From Candidatus Babeliales bacterium (GTDB lineage: Bacteria > Babelota > Babeliae > Babelales > Vermiphilaceae), in the NCBI GenBank assembly GCA_963743635.1, contig CAVUQO010000002.1, forward strand, positions 32,001 to 96,000: a stretch of 64,000 nucleotides of DNA, in the 5' to 3' direction. Positions 19,004 to 29,132 of the stretch are shown piece after piece (within the stretch, counting starts at the first letter, position 1; each line of letters opens with the position of its first letter). Made by a program: the position numbers and the translations under genes. The notes beneath the pieces were generated by a model. That model did no database searches. It saw nothing but the letters and a program-made list of their open reading frames with translations, and was not told the DNA's origin.

Positions 19004-21548
19004 GCCTTGTAAGAAGAGCGGGCTGCCTCCACCTCGCAATTTATGCTCCTCGTTCAACCATGCCCCAAAATTTTTTAAATTTAAGGCATCCTTGAACTCA
19101 GGTGCGAGTGATGTGAAGAACGTGGTCCCATGATCGGTCGAAGGATTTGCACTCACCAAGAAGTAAAATCCTGGTTTTTTAGTTTGCAGTTGTGCTGCGA
19201 TGTCGCGTAGCTCATCATTGGCGAACCCATCAAGTTGTACAAAAAGGGTTGGAAGTGCGCCAATAGTGCTTACTTCTTTTTCCAATTGCGGCAGTTGAGA
19301 TTGCCAGAATTGTTTCTTGAGTTGCTTGATCTGAAGTTGTAAATCTTTGATCGATTCTTGTTGTTTGTGTATTGCATGAACAACTTCGTTGCGTTTAACT
19401 TTAAACTCTTGGCTTAAGTTTTTAACCGTCTCAAAAGTTTCTTGGAAAAGGTCGACTGCGCGGGACCGGTTACCGCCACAATGCGGCGATGGCCTGCAGA
19501 GAGTGCCGAAATTTCCGTAATTTTAAAGACGCCGATATCGCCCGTTGCGCGCACGTGGGTGCCGCCGCAAAGCTCGGCTGAGAATCCAGGAATTTCAACG
19601 ATACGTACTTGTTCAGGATTATATTTATCGCCAAAAAATGCGATGACGCCTTTGCTGAGTGCGTTTTTCAATGTGGTGTGTTCGATGTTGACCGGAATAT
19701 TTTCTGAATTTTTTCATTGACCAGATCTTCAACCTGTTTGATTTGGGCATGGCGAAAGGTTTTCATGGTAGGTGAAATCGAAGCGTAAATAATCAGGATC
19801 AACGAGCGAGCCTGATTGTTTGATCTGTTTGCCAAAAAGATGAATGAGTGCCGCTTGCAATAAGTGAGTTGCGGTATGATTTTTCATGGCATTGATGCGG
19901 CGTTCTTTGTTGACTATAGATATCACCGGATCGCCGAGCGTGAGATCAACTGGGGTTTCAATCTTAGCGCCGATTGCTTTATTGAAATAGCGCACGTCAT
20001 GTATTGGCTTTTTATCACCGCCAACCGTGAGCCAACCTTGATCAGGAACTTGTCCACCGCCAACGATAAAGAATGGAGACTCTTTGACGATGACCCAACA
20101 TTCTGATCCTGCGGGGACCTCTTCAACCGGTTCGCCATTATTGATAAGACCGATAATGAGCGATGGGTTTCGAGTGATTCATAGCCGGTGAAAATGGTGC
20201 TGACATCATCGCCAAAATCGATATGCATCAATTCATCAGCTGCTTTTTTGCCAGATTGTTCTTTTTGCTGCGCCATTTCTTGTTCAAAGCCACCATATCG
20301 ACGATATAATCACGTTCATGGGCCATGACGTTAATCAGTTCGATCGGAAATCCAAAGGTATCATACAATTTGAATGCTTGTTCACCATTGATGCGTTTAG
20401 TTTCTTTTTGTTCGGTGAAATATTTTTCTAAGATTGCAGTGCCGCGGACAAGATTATCAGCAAATTTTTGAATTTCGCTCTCAAGAATGGATACGATCTG
20501 GTTTTCTTGTTCTTTAAGTGCAGGATAATATTCCCCTAGCTCGGCAACAACCGTACGTGAAAGTTCAGGGAAAATATTTTTATCGGTGAGTTTTTGGGCG
20601 AAAAGTGCTGCGCGGCGAATAATTTTACGCAACACATATCCGCGGCCTTCATTTGAAGGTGCGCCGCCATCGGCGATAATCATAGTTGATGATCGAATAT
20701 GATCGGCAAGTACATGAAATGCTGCCTTTAATGAGCATCTGATTGTTCTGCATATTTTTTGCCGGTTAGTTTTTCAATGCGCGCAATAAGACCGGTGAAA
20801 ATATCAGTTTGATAGACTGAATCTTTATTTTGAACGATGCAAGCAAGGCGCTCAAGGCCCATGCCGGTATCAACCCCGCTATGTTTGAGCGGTTTATCAG
20901 TGCCATCTGGTTGACGATCAAATTGCATGAATACGAAGTTCCAAATTTCTAAAAAGCGATCGCAATCGCATGCAGGGCCGCACGGCTGATCGTCTGCGCA
21001 GCCAAATGCAGCGCCACGATCAATGTGAATTTCGGTGCATGGGCCGCAGGGGCCAGTTTCGCCCATTTGCCAGAAGTTTTCTTCTTCGCCAAGGCGATGA
21101 ATGCGTTCTTTGGGCACTTTAATAGATCGTGCCAAATATCATATGCTTCATCATCCGTTTCATAGACACTGACGTGGAGATTTTCGGTGGGTATATTGAG
21201 TTCTTTGGTCAAAAAATCCCAGGCAAACTGAATAGCTTCTTTTTTGAAATAATCACCGAAGGAGAAGTTGCCCATCATCTCAAAAAAGGTCAGATGGCGT
21301 TTGGTAAAGCCGACGTTATCAAGATCGTTATGCTTACCGCCTGCGCGTACGCATTTTTGGATGCTGACCGCGCGGGTATAACTGCGCTTTTCTTTGCCCA
21401 AGAAATAATCTTTGAATTGATTCATTCCGGCATTGGCAAAAAGGAGCGTTGGATCTTGGGCGGGAATGAGGGATGAGCTTGCAACCTGTTCATGTCCGTT
21501 TTTAATGAAAAAATCAAAAAATTTCTTACGCAGTTCCTGTGATTTCAT
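18929..21548 (-). CDS. alaS: Alanine--tRNA ligase (frameshifted in this sequence)
   Basis: [67 protein letters not shown] across several frames. Confidence 0.97.
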
Positions 21549-21687
21549 TGCCTGTAACCTTACGCTAAAAATGATGGCATGTGTTTAAAAATGCTCATCG
21601 AGCCGGAATAATCATTGCAGTAAAGCATACTCAGATTTTTAAGGTGAGGCAAACAGACTCAAAAAACATGAGGGGCATTAGAAAAAT

Positions 21688-22143
21688 TTAGTAGTCGAGG
21701 TATTGTTTATGAGCATAGTCAGGATTGCAGGCGTGGAAAGTGACTGGATTAGCAAACCCGGGACAGTATTCATCGTCAGCAGGCGGAGCCCACTTGACAT
21801 ATGCCTCAAGATCTTTGCGGTAGTTTTTGTTTTGAGGAGGCGTTTGCTTATTGCACTCATCTTGCGGAGTTTCGTCTGGATTTTGGATTGTAGGTGCAGC
21901 TGGTATGTTCTGTGCTGCGGTCACTGGCCATTGACTGGAGGTCTCTGGTTTAACGAGGGGTAGCGCGAGCGTCTTTGCGAATGCAACGGGTGACTCAGCG
22001 GGTGAAGTTTTTCTGCTATTTGGAAAGAAGAGTGTCCTTAATGATGCAATAGGTGAGCAATCGGGCGATTTTTTTTCCATAGCGTTGAGGTTCATTGAGA
22101 TTATTAACAGGCATGCCAGAGTAGTGTATGTAACAGATTTCAT
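21688..22143 (-). CDS. Hypothetical secreted Ser/Pro-rich protein
   Basis: Signal ending LNA-ME; AAAGGA RBS. Confidence 0.7.
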   Translation of the reverse strand: MKSVTYTTLACLLIISMNLNAMEKKSPDCSPIASLRTLFFPNSRKTSPAESPVAFAKTLALPLVKPETSSQWPVTAAQNIPAAPTIQNPDETPQDECNKQTPPQNKNYRKDLEAYVKWAPPADDEYCPGFANPVTFHACNPDYAHKQYLDY

Positions 22144-22213
22144 CTGAAATCCTTTCGTATTGTAAAACGGGTATGTGGTGAATGAGTAATTAATTATAAC
22201 GGATTATAAGATT

Positions 22214-22705
22214 TTATGAATATTTTGGATCTTCACTAAAACGAACACGCATTGCAGTACGTGCGGTGCTTTCGTTGTTACCATACTTCTTATAGCGTAT
22301 CACGTCAGAATCCTCAGAATCATCTGAAGAAGAGTCGCTATCATCGTTGTTGGAGGAAGGGATTTTTTTAATGTTTACCTTGCGCGTTGATGCCGTACTC
22401 GATTCGGATGATGATGATTCGTCTGATGAAGAATCGTCAAGTGGATTATCCGCTAAATCTCTGAGGTATGCATTATAGTTGAATTTTACTCTTTTATTTG
22501 GATTTTGAGGTGATTTCAGACTAGTGGTTGCCTTTTGTGCTACAAAAAGAGGCGAAGCGATGTTTTTTGTAGGAGCAATTGGTGAAACGTTAGCCGATTC
22601 AGTTTGTTCCTGAGTGTTTTGCTTAATGGGCGCTTTCTCCATGCCGAAAGCGGTGATCGTGCTCAGCAATAGGGAAAAAAGGGGTATTAGGGTGATAAAT
22701 GGCAT
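22214..22705 (-). CDS. Hypothetical secreted disordered protein with two RVxF motifs
   Basis: Signal ending AFG-ME; Ser/Asp tracts; KRVKF and RVRF. Confidence 0.7.
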   Translation of the reverse strand: MPFITLIPLFSLLLSTITAFGMEKAPIKQNTQEQTESANVSPIAPTKNIASPLFVAQKATTSLKSPQNPNKRVKFNYNAYLRDLADNPLDDSSSDESSSSESSTASTRKVNIKKIPSSNNDDSDSSSDDSEDSDVIRYKKYGNNESTARTAMRVRFSEDPKYS

Positions 22706-22929
22706 CAATGTAACCTTTATTAAAGATAGTTTTTTATTGATATGATTATTATTTATAATATGCAAAAATGAAGATTTTCTCAACAACTTATTGAGTAATT
22801 TAGCTAAAAATGTTGGCATAATATGCTTATTGGCTATTTTTTGGATTAAGCCTTGCGCTTGGACAAGCAAAATGTGCCCAGTTTTGATAGGCGCATTGTG
22901 ATGTACTATGAAAAACGTGATGGGCGAAT

Positions 22930-23232
22930 TTAGTATCTACAGTTTTCGCCGGGATAGTAGTTCTCATGATTAATAGGAGAAGTCCATGATTGATCCTGGG
23001 ACTGTTCAGGATATTGGTGAAGGTAGTTACCACAAGGAAAGTATTCACAGTTAGCAGGAAAAGTTGGAGTGTGAGTGGGCGTGCGCAGTCCGTTTAATGC
23101 AGTGGTTACGACACCGATTGATGGGGTAATAGATTTACCAGGCGTTGAGCTTTCTGTTGGTTGTGGCTGCATAGCATGCATGTTCATCGAAGTCATGAAG
23201 ATATATGCAAGAATATATTTAATAGATTTCAT
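22930..23232 (-). CDS. Hypothetical secreted protein, 5' end related to 21688..22143
   Basis: MKSIKY...MHA-MQ; same upstream leader gaaagg..ttcagatgaaatct. Confidence 0.65.
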   Translation of the reverse strand: MKSIKYILAYIFMTSMNMHAMQPQPTESSTPGKSITPSIGVVTTALNGLRTPTHTPTFPANCEYFPCGNYLHQYPEQSQDQSWTSPINHENYYPGENCRY

Positions 23233-23371
23233 CTGAAAACCCTTTCATGGAATGATTTTTGGGGGGATTTTTCTATTTATGATAGAGGGTTTTAGCGTAT
23301 ATTGCAATTTCCCTCACTATGTTTCTTAGCTTTTTGCTCTAAGATGCTTATCTTAAGTATTTTTAATGTCC

Positions 23372-24277
23372 CTATAATATATGTTTGAGTCTCTCCCAAG
23401 AATAGATTTCTCGCCTTCTTTCCTTTGCACTTGGCACATAATTCGCTTTTTGCAGATACTCCTGGAGGGCCTTTTTAGCAAAGTAATTTGCTGAGGGGCG
23501 TTGTGCTGTAATGGATCGAGCGATAGCACGGGGTAAGGTGCGTGTTTTTTCCTTTTCCCAGTAACGCATATATTCCGCGATATGTTCTTGGGTGCAGGTA
23601 GCTATCAGCTTAGAGACATTATCGGGAAGTTGATATCGTTGGTTCACCGCAGCGATGATACTTGGTGTGTAATGTGAGGAAAGGTTCCGGCTATACAGTG
23701 TTTCGTCAGAGCCCCAAATCGTGAGAAGCGATTTTATAAGCTTATATGCATCCGCATTGAGGATTTCAATAACTTCCATATCTATGGTGAGAGCTCTGAG
23801 CGTAGCCTTGTGGACCTCGCGCTCAATTTCGGAAATACAATGTTTTTTTTGTGCTTCCAATATTTGTGCGGTTTCAGGATTATTTTGCGTTAGTTTCGGT
23901 GGGGTCGGCTTTGCATCCCGTGCGGAAAGAACATCATCGTCATCATCATCATTATCATCATTATCAAGATCAAAAATGGAAGGCGCTGACTTTTTAGGTA
24001 TGGAAGGGGCAGGATAGGTCAATTTTCTTCTTTTTGCTGGCCGTTCGGATTCATTTTTTTGGGAAATTTCTTGTTGAGTAATATCCTGTTTTAGTGTGTC
24101 AGAGATTTTATTGAGTCGTTCGCCGTTCACGGTAACAACAACTTTAGGAAGTGGTGGCGGTGGTACCACTCCTTGAATAGTAGGTTTATTTGCACCCATG
24201 CCGTACATGAAAGTCGACGTTACAAGGAGGCTGAGTATGAACAGAGAACGTGAATATTTCCGCTGATTACGCATCAT
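23372..24277 (-). CDS. Hypothetical secreted protein with NLS-like motif
   Basis: Signal ending MYG-MG, poly-Pro, RPAKRRKL, poly-Asp. Confidence 0.7.
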   Translation of the reverse strand: MMRNQRKYSRSLFILSLLVTSTFMYGMGANKPTIQGVVPPPPLPKVVVTVNGERLNKISDTLKQDITQQEISQKNESERPAKRRKLTYPAPSIPKKSAPSIFDLDNDDNDDDDDDVLSARDAKPTPPKLTQNNPETAQILEAQKKHCISEIEREVHKATLRALTIDMEVIEILNADAYKLIKSLLTIWGSDETLYSRNLSSHYTPSIIAAVNQRYQLPDNVSKLIATCTQEHIAEYMRYWEKEKTRTLPRAIARSITAQRPSANYFAKKALQEYLQKANYVPSAKERRREIYSWERLKHIL

Positions 24278-24765
24278 TTGCCATCCTCATGTGCGGCGCC
24301 AGTTACTGCGAACCTTTCCAACATTTGGGCAAGTTCTTGATCGATCGCTTTGGCAAGTGCTTTTTCTGCCTCCAACAGCTCTGGCGTGGGTTCTTGTGGA
24401 TTTTCTTGCGATTTTTGCGAGGAAATTGTTGTATTCTGCGATACAGCGGATGTTGTGATGGCTGCACTCGGTTGTATGCGCACACATGGCTGTCGCCAGA
24501 GTTGCTCAGTAAGTTCCATGCACCTTTTATCAATAGTTGCATCTTGCGCATATTGCGTCCAGCGTGCATATGCTGCTCTCGTTTCACTTTTTTCTTCTTG
24601 AGATCTCTCCTTTATTGTTGCAATAATAAAGGCATTGCTGGGTCTTTCTTTGTTGTGGACTTTTATTTTTTGTTCTGGTGTCGATGAGGATTCGTTTTGC
24701 ATTGCATCTATGGTGCATATGCTTACTATAGAGCTGAGGACGAGAAGAGTGTAGAGCGATTTCAT
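24274..24765 (-). CDS. Hypothetical secreted protein
   Basis: Signal ending IDA-MQ; overlaps next gene start by 4 bp. Confidence 0.7.
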   Translation of the reverse strand: MKSLYTLLVLSSIVSICTIDAMQNESSSTPEQKIKVHNKERPSNAFIIATIKERSQEEKSETRAAYARWTQYAQDATIDKRCMELTEQLWRQPCVRIQPSAAITTSAVSQNTTISSQKSQENPQEPTPELLEAEKALAKAIDQELAQMLERFAVTGAAHEDGK

Positions 24766-24779
24766 GGATACCCCTAACG

Positions 24780-25295
24780 TTAGGAAATTTTGAGCTTTTT
24801 AAACGGTTCAGCAAGCTGCTTATACATTACATTCAAATCGTAGGATACTGCTTTTGTATCTGCAAGGAGGGGCAAAAAGTTGGTGTCTCCAATCCAGCGA
24901 GGCAATACATGCCAGTGAAGATGCGAGGGGATGCCCGCGCCTGCGGCTTTGCCGAGATTGACTCCGACGTTTACGCCATCAGCTTTGAGTGTTTCTTTGA
25001 GAATATCGATACTCTGAGTGATCAATTCCATTAACTCAATGCGCGCTTCAGGAGAAAGATCATGCATATGTTTAACGTGCGCATAGGGAATGATCAACAA
25101 ATGCCCGGCACTATACGGATACAGATTCAGAAGGACGGCATGATGCTGAAAGCGGGCGATTATATAGCTTTTTTCATCATCCTGCGCCGCAAATTTCGCA
25201 CAAAAAACGCATTCATCTGGTTTTGTATCGTCATGTTTGCCGCGTGTAGTATCAGTAGTGTAGTTACTACGCCATGGCGCATATAATTTGTCCAT
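24780..25295 (-). CDS. HIT family nucleotide hydrolase/phosphorylase (Ap4A phosphorylase-like)
   Basis: LYAPWR, CVFC, LNLYPYSAGHLLIIP, AAGAGIPSHLHWHVLPRW. Confidence 0.9.
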   Translation of the reverse strand: MDKLYAPWRSNYTTDTTRGKHDDTKPDECVFCAKFAAQDDEKSYIIARFQHHAVLLNLYPYSAGHLLIIPYAHVKHMHDLSPEARIELMELITQSIDILKETLKADGVNVGVNLGKAAGAGIPSHLHWHVLPRWIGDTNFLPLLADTKAVSYDLNVMYKQLAEPFKKLKIS

Positions 25296-25322
25296 AATTA
25301 TGTCCGTATAATGGGGGATTAT

Positions 25323-26795
25323 TTATCTATTTTTAGGTTGTTCTATAGTATACTGCGTCGGAATTGGTTTTGATAGATGTTTAAAGTGCCAATCTTTCCA
25401 TTGAGATGCCGTGGTAATCTTCATCATTGAGTCGTACGGACATGGCGGCAGGAGTGGAACCGCAGGCGCAGAAAGAACCGTGAATACCATGTTATCCCAC
25501 AATGAGTAATAGCCTTTGTTTTCAACCATATGCTCTTGCATAACGCCATGATGTTGATGTGCACGCACTATTGATTTGATGCGATGTTCTGGGCCTCCAT
25601 CACGATCAAGCAGATGTCGGGTTAATGCTTTGCCATATTTCCAACCTTTGTGCGGCTGGTAGCGCACTATTTCTTGCGGATCTTCAATTAAAAATTCGCC
25701 CCACATATATCCAAAATAATGAGCGGTGGGAGATTTGATTGGGGTGTTAGCGCGTGCTGCTGGAGGCACAATATATGAAACCGCTTCTCTCATCTCATGA
25801 GGGAGCGCATTGATCATTTCGGCACGATTTAATCCTTTAATGGCCATGAATGTTACGTCATCAGATGCGGTAATGAGTGAAGCAGGCGAGACGCCAATTT
25901 CAAGGCCGCCATGGCAACACATGATATATGAACGATTATTACCGCTTCCCGAACCAATGTAGAGTACGGGAATAAAGAGGTCATAAAGGCGATAGAGTTC
26001 TTTTTTGTGACGGAATTGCTTGTAGTTAAGTTCCGCATCAAAACGTATCGTTGAGGTATTTCTATTGATGTATGCGTCTTCATGATTGCCGCGTATCAGA
26101 AATACGTTATCGGGATTTGCCACTTTAAGTCTCATGAGTGTGTAGAGCACCTCGAGCCCATAGCAGCCACGATCTACGCAATCTCCGAGATATACCAGAT
26201 AGGTATTTGGTTTTATTATCTTAAAATTGTCATCGAGATACCCCCATTTTTGTAGTTGCTGTAATGTACGCACGAGCGACTGAATGCAACCATGAGTGTC
26301 GCCCCATGCAAATAGAGTGCTGCCGGTTGGTATGATTACCTTTTGCATGAATGGTTTGAAGGTGGCGGGCGCTGAGATGTTGAAAAAGTGAGCCGTATAT
26401 TCAGATTTGCCGCCCACCCAGCGATCAGCGTGCAGGAACTCTTCTTTTGCGCGGGCAACGAGCTTTTCCAAGTAATACATAATATCATTTTCCTGAATCA
26501 TGCTCGGGTAAAAGGTTGTTGTGTGTTCCGGGCGTGATTCTGCTAAATCGCCGAGTAGGGAAAGTGTGAGCGATTCGGGAGCGCAGTCTTTTTCGGGCAT
26601 GCGCTTAAGGTTGTTATTTTTATACTCACGCTTAAGGCACGTATATTCATGTGCAATTTCAGCATCTTTTTGCTGATAGGTGCGCATAATCTTTTTTATT
26701 TTTTTCTGGTTTGCTTTGCGATCGGTTTCTGCACTGATCAGGGGATGTGTACAGAGGGCAGCGATAATCGATAACATGCATAAATACTGTTGCAT
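25323..26795 (-). CDS. Secreted PPP-family Ser/Thr protein phosphatase (calcineurin-like metallophosphoesterase)
   Basis: GDTHG, GDCVDRG, RGNHE, HGG, RAHQ, FTVLSAP; N-terminal signal. Confidence 0.88.
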   Translation of the reverse strand: MQQYLCMLSIIAALCTHPLISAETDRKANQKKIKKIMRTYQQKDAEIAHEYTCLKREYKNNNLKRMPEKDCAPESLTLSLLGDLAESRPEHTTTFYPSMIQENDIMYYLEKLVARAKEEFLHADRWVGGKSEYTAHFFNISAPATFKPFMQKVIIPTGSTLFAWGDTHGCIQSLVRTLQQLQKWGYLDDNFKIIKPNTYLVYLGDCVDRGCYGLEVLYTLMRLKVANPDNVFLIRGNHEDAYINRNTSTIRFDAELNYKQFRHKKELYRLYDLFIPVLYIGSGSGNNRSYIMCCHGGLEIGVSPASLITASDDVTFMAIKGLNRAEMINALPHEMREAVSYIVPPAARANTPIKSPTAHYFGYMWGEFLIEDPQEIVRYQPHKGWKYGKALTRHLLDRDGGPEHRIKSIVRAHQHHGVMQEHMVENKGYYSLWDNMVFTVLSAPAVPLLPPCPYDSMMKITTASQWKDWHFKHLSKPIPTQYTIEQPKNR

Positions 26796-26930
26796 TAAAG
26801 TTCCTTTTTTTGCTGAAAATATTTTAACACAGAAAGTGTATGAAGATAGTACGCTTTTGGGCAAGAAAAAGAATGAAAGTTGGGAGTTGTGAAATCAAGA
26901 ATTATCTAAAGATAGTGTATAGTATTGTGT

Positions 26931-27075
26931 TTCCGTTACCCATTCGAGACGTTCTTCGTCCCGTTTCACTTGCCTCAGAACCCTCAGGGCGAACGGAAAT
27001 GACATTTTTCCCCGTTCGCCCTGAGGATTTTTCATGAGTGAAGCGAATGAAAAATGTCTCGAATGGGTGCGGGGA
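26931..27075. repeat. Inverted doublet of CCGTTCGCCCTGAG-family palindromic repeat
   Basis: acccattcgagac...ctcagggcgaacgg / ccgttcgccctgag...gtctcgaatgggt. Confidence 0.85.
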
Positions 27076-27114
27076 CTGTAGTAATGAGTGATTAATCATA
27101 AAAAGGAGACGGAT

Positions 27115-28068
27115 ATGTATCCAGCTACTCAGGGACGATGGCTAAGCATAATGAGCATAGCATGCATATTGTTATGCAGCATGAATGGAGCGCAGGCAGC
27201 AAAAAACAGAGCGGCAAAGCGCAACCCCGCACAGCGCAGCGCAGCGGTTCTCGCCATGCAGCGTGCGAGAAAGAATGCCGAGAACGGGAAAGAAAGCGCT
27301 CAAAGTAATAGCAGCCCAAAACGATGTGCAGAAGTGCCAGCTACGATAGTCATTTCTATACCAAAAAGTGGCACAACGCTCATGAGAAAGCTTTTGACCG
27401 ATCTGACCGATAAACAGTGTTTAAGCAGATCAGAGTGTCCCGAATTATATTTGGTGACGCCAAGAGATTTTGAACGAGTTATAAAGCTGCCGGCTGAAAA
27501 ATTTTGGTCAGTTCATCTTTTTTATAATGCCAATTATGCCAAACGATTAAAAGAAGATAAATGCGCTTGCCTCTTTATTTACAGAGATCCGCGTGATCAG
27601 CTTGTTTCATTCATGTATTACATGCTCAAACACAATAAATCATGGCCTGGTGTTAATGGGCATTCGCACGCGGAGATTATTAACGATTTGATCGATACCT
27701 GCGCATTCCAGCGCAATAGTCCGCCGGTAAAGAGTATATTGCAGCTGTATGAATCGTATCTACCATGGCTCAATGAGGAGCATGTGCTCGCGATTCGCTT
27801 TGAAGATATCGTGGGCGAAAAAGGAGGCGGATCCGATGAGACTCAGCTTGCTACGATACGCGCTATAGCGCATCACATGCAGCTGGCGCTTTCAGATGAG
27901 GAGATTGAAGAGATAGCGCGCAATCTCTTTGGCGGCACCGAGACCTTTAGAAAAGGCCAAATCGGCTCTTGGAAAGATCACTTCACGCCACAGCAAAAAG
28001 AACGATTCAAGCAAGTCGCCGGCCAATTGCTGATCGACTTGGGCTATGAAAGCGATTTTAATTGGTGA
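27115..28068 (+). CDS. PAPS-dependent sulfotransferase with signal peptide
   Basis: PKSGTT (5'-PSB), YRDPRD..VS (3'-PB), FRKGQIGSWK. Confidence 0.88.
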   Translation: MYPATQGRWLSIMSIACILLCSMNGAQAAKNRAAKRNPAQRSAAVLAMQRARKNAENGKESAQSNSSPKRCAEVPATIVISIPKSGTTLMRKLLTDLTDKQCLSRSECPELYLVTPRDFERVIKLPAEKFWSVHLFYNANYAKRLKEDKCACLFIYRDPRDQLVSFMYYMLKHNKSWPGVNGHSHAEIINDLIDTCAFQRNSPPVKSILQLYESYLPWLNEEHVLAIRFEDIVGEKGGGSDETQLATIRAIAHHMQLALSDEEIEEIARNLFGGTETFRKGQIGSWKDHFTPQQKERFKQVAGQLLIDLGYESDFNW

Positions 28069-28090
28069 CTCTATGAGGCGATATGAGGGC

Positions 28091-28894
28091 TCAGTCTTTC
28101 CGTGGATAGAATATGTTTAATAGTTGAGTCTGAATATAAATATCATCGCTGAGGCGGAGATTACAAGGATTTTTTATTCTAAAATGAAAGGCATTTAGGT
28201 TCTTTTTTTGCCTATGCCATTCTTGTAAGTTTAGAAAATTAATTCTTGTGTGAAGACTTAAAGGTATTCCTTGCTGTTTTAGAAATTCTCCTATGGCTAC
28301 ATCATCAGGAGTGGTGTTATTGATAAAATGATCTTTATGCTGCACTAAGAGCTCTGCTATATCAGGGGAAATGAGAAAGCCGCAACCAGACCCAATAAAA
28401 CAATTGGGTCCAATGTCTGATCCACAATAAAAATTTTTCTTAGGACATGTTTTTAAAAAATTTAAGAGCCTTGGAAACACATAAAATGAAGATAGGTTAG
28501 TTCTTAATATATAATCAAATTCCTGCTGTATTCGTGGTAAAAAGGCCTCTAGCGATAAAATCGTTTTATTTAATATGCCGGGGGCAAGGCTTTCGGGAGT
28601 CCGTGACCATATTATATCGCCATTAATTTCACAGAGAGATGATAAATCCGGGTCCCCCTTAATAAAATAGGCTTCAATGTGTTCAGGATCATTATGCATA
28701 TAAGAGCGCCATATTTTCTGTAGTTCTGAATAAACTGGCAGATCTTCTGAAGCGATGATAAGCACGAGAACTTTTGGTCTATCTTTTTTAATCTGTTCTA
28801 TGTCTGTTCGAGTATGATGAAGGGGCCTTGCGTTAAGATAGAACGTAGCGTTGAGCATTAACAGTATATTCATGATCAAAATAGTAGTTTTCAT
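28091..28894 (-). CDS. GT31/galactosyltransferase-like glycosyltransferase with signal peptide
   Basis: LNKTI, DYILRTNLSSF, SGCGFLIS, DDVAIG. Confidence 0.6.
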   Translation of the reverse strand: MKTTILIMNILLMLNATFYLNARPLHHTRTDIEQIKKDRPKVLVLIIASEDLPVYSELQKIWRSYMHNDPEHIEAYFIKGDPDLSSLCEINGDIIWSRTPESLAPGILNKTILSLEAFLPRIQQEFDYILRTNLSSFYVFPRLLNFLKTCPKKNFYCGSDIGPNCFIGSGCGFLISPDIAELLVQHKDHFINNTTPDDVAIGEFLKQQGIPLSLHTRINFLNLQEWHRQKKNLNAFHFRIKNPCNLRLSDDIYIQTQLLNIFYPRKD

Positions 28895-29132
28895 TACATC
28901 CCCTTTTTTTAGTATAGGATTGTTTTAACGGATAGGCTCTACAATGAAAGCTCATGAGTCGAAGAAACTCTTGGACATTGTAATCATAAAAATAACCTAC
29001 GGTCAATCGCGTGTTTGGTACTAATTTTGCATATATCGCTTTTATGCCTTTCAAATATTTGATCTTTATATAGGATTTCTAAAAATAGCAGAACACATTA
29101 AAAAAGGGATGGTAGCAATGAAAGATAGGTAT

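Noticed and set aside
18929..21548. alaS as a split gene or pseudogene
   Set aside because: Essential gene with all motifs present across frames; same indel pattern as secF and rho.
26840..27099. Short ORFs over palindromic repeats (also 47775-47957, 48626-48817, 18808-18996)
   Set aside because: They coincide with repeat elements and lack an RBS or protein-like features.
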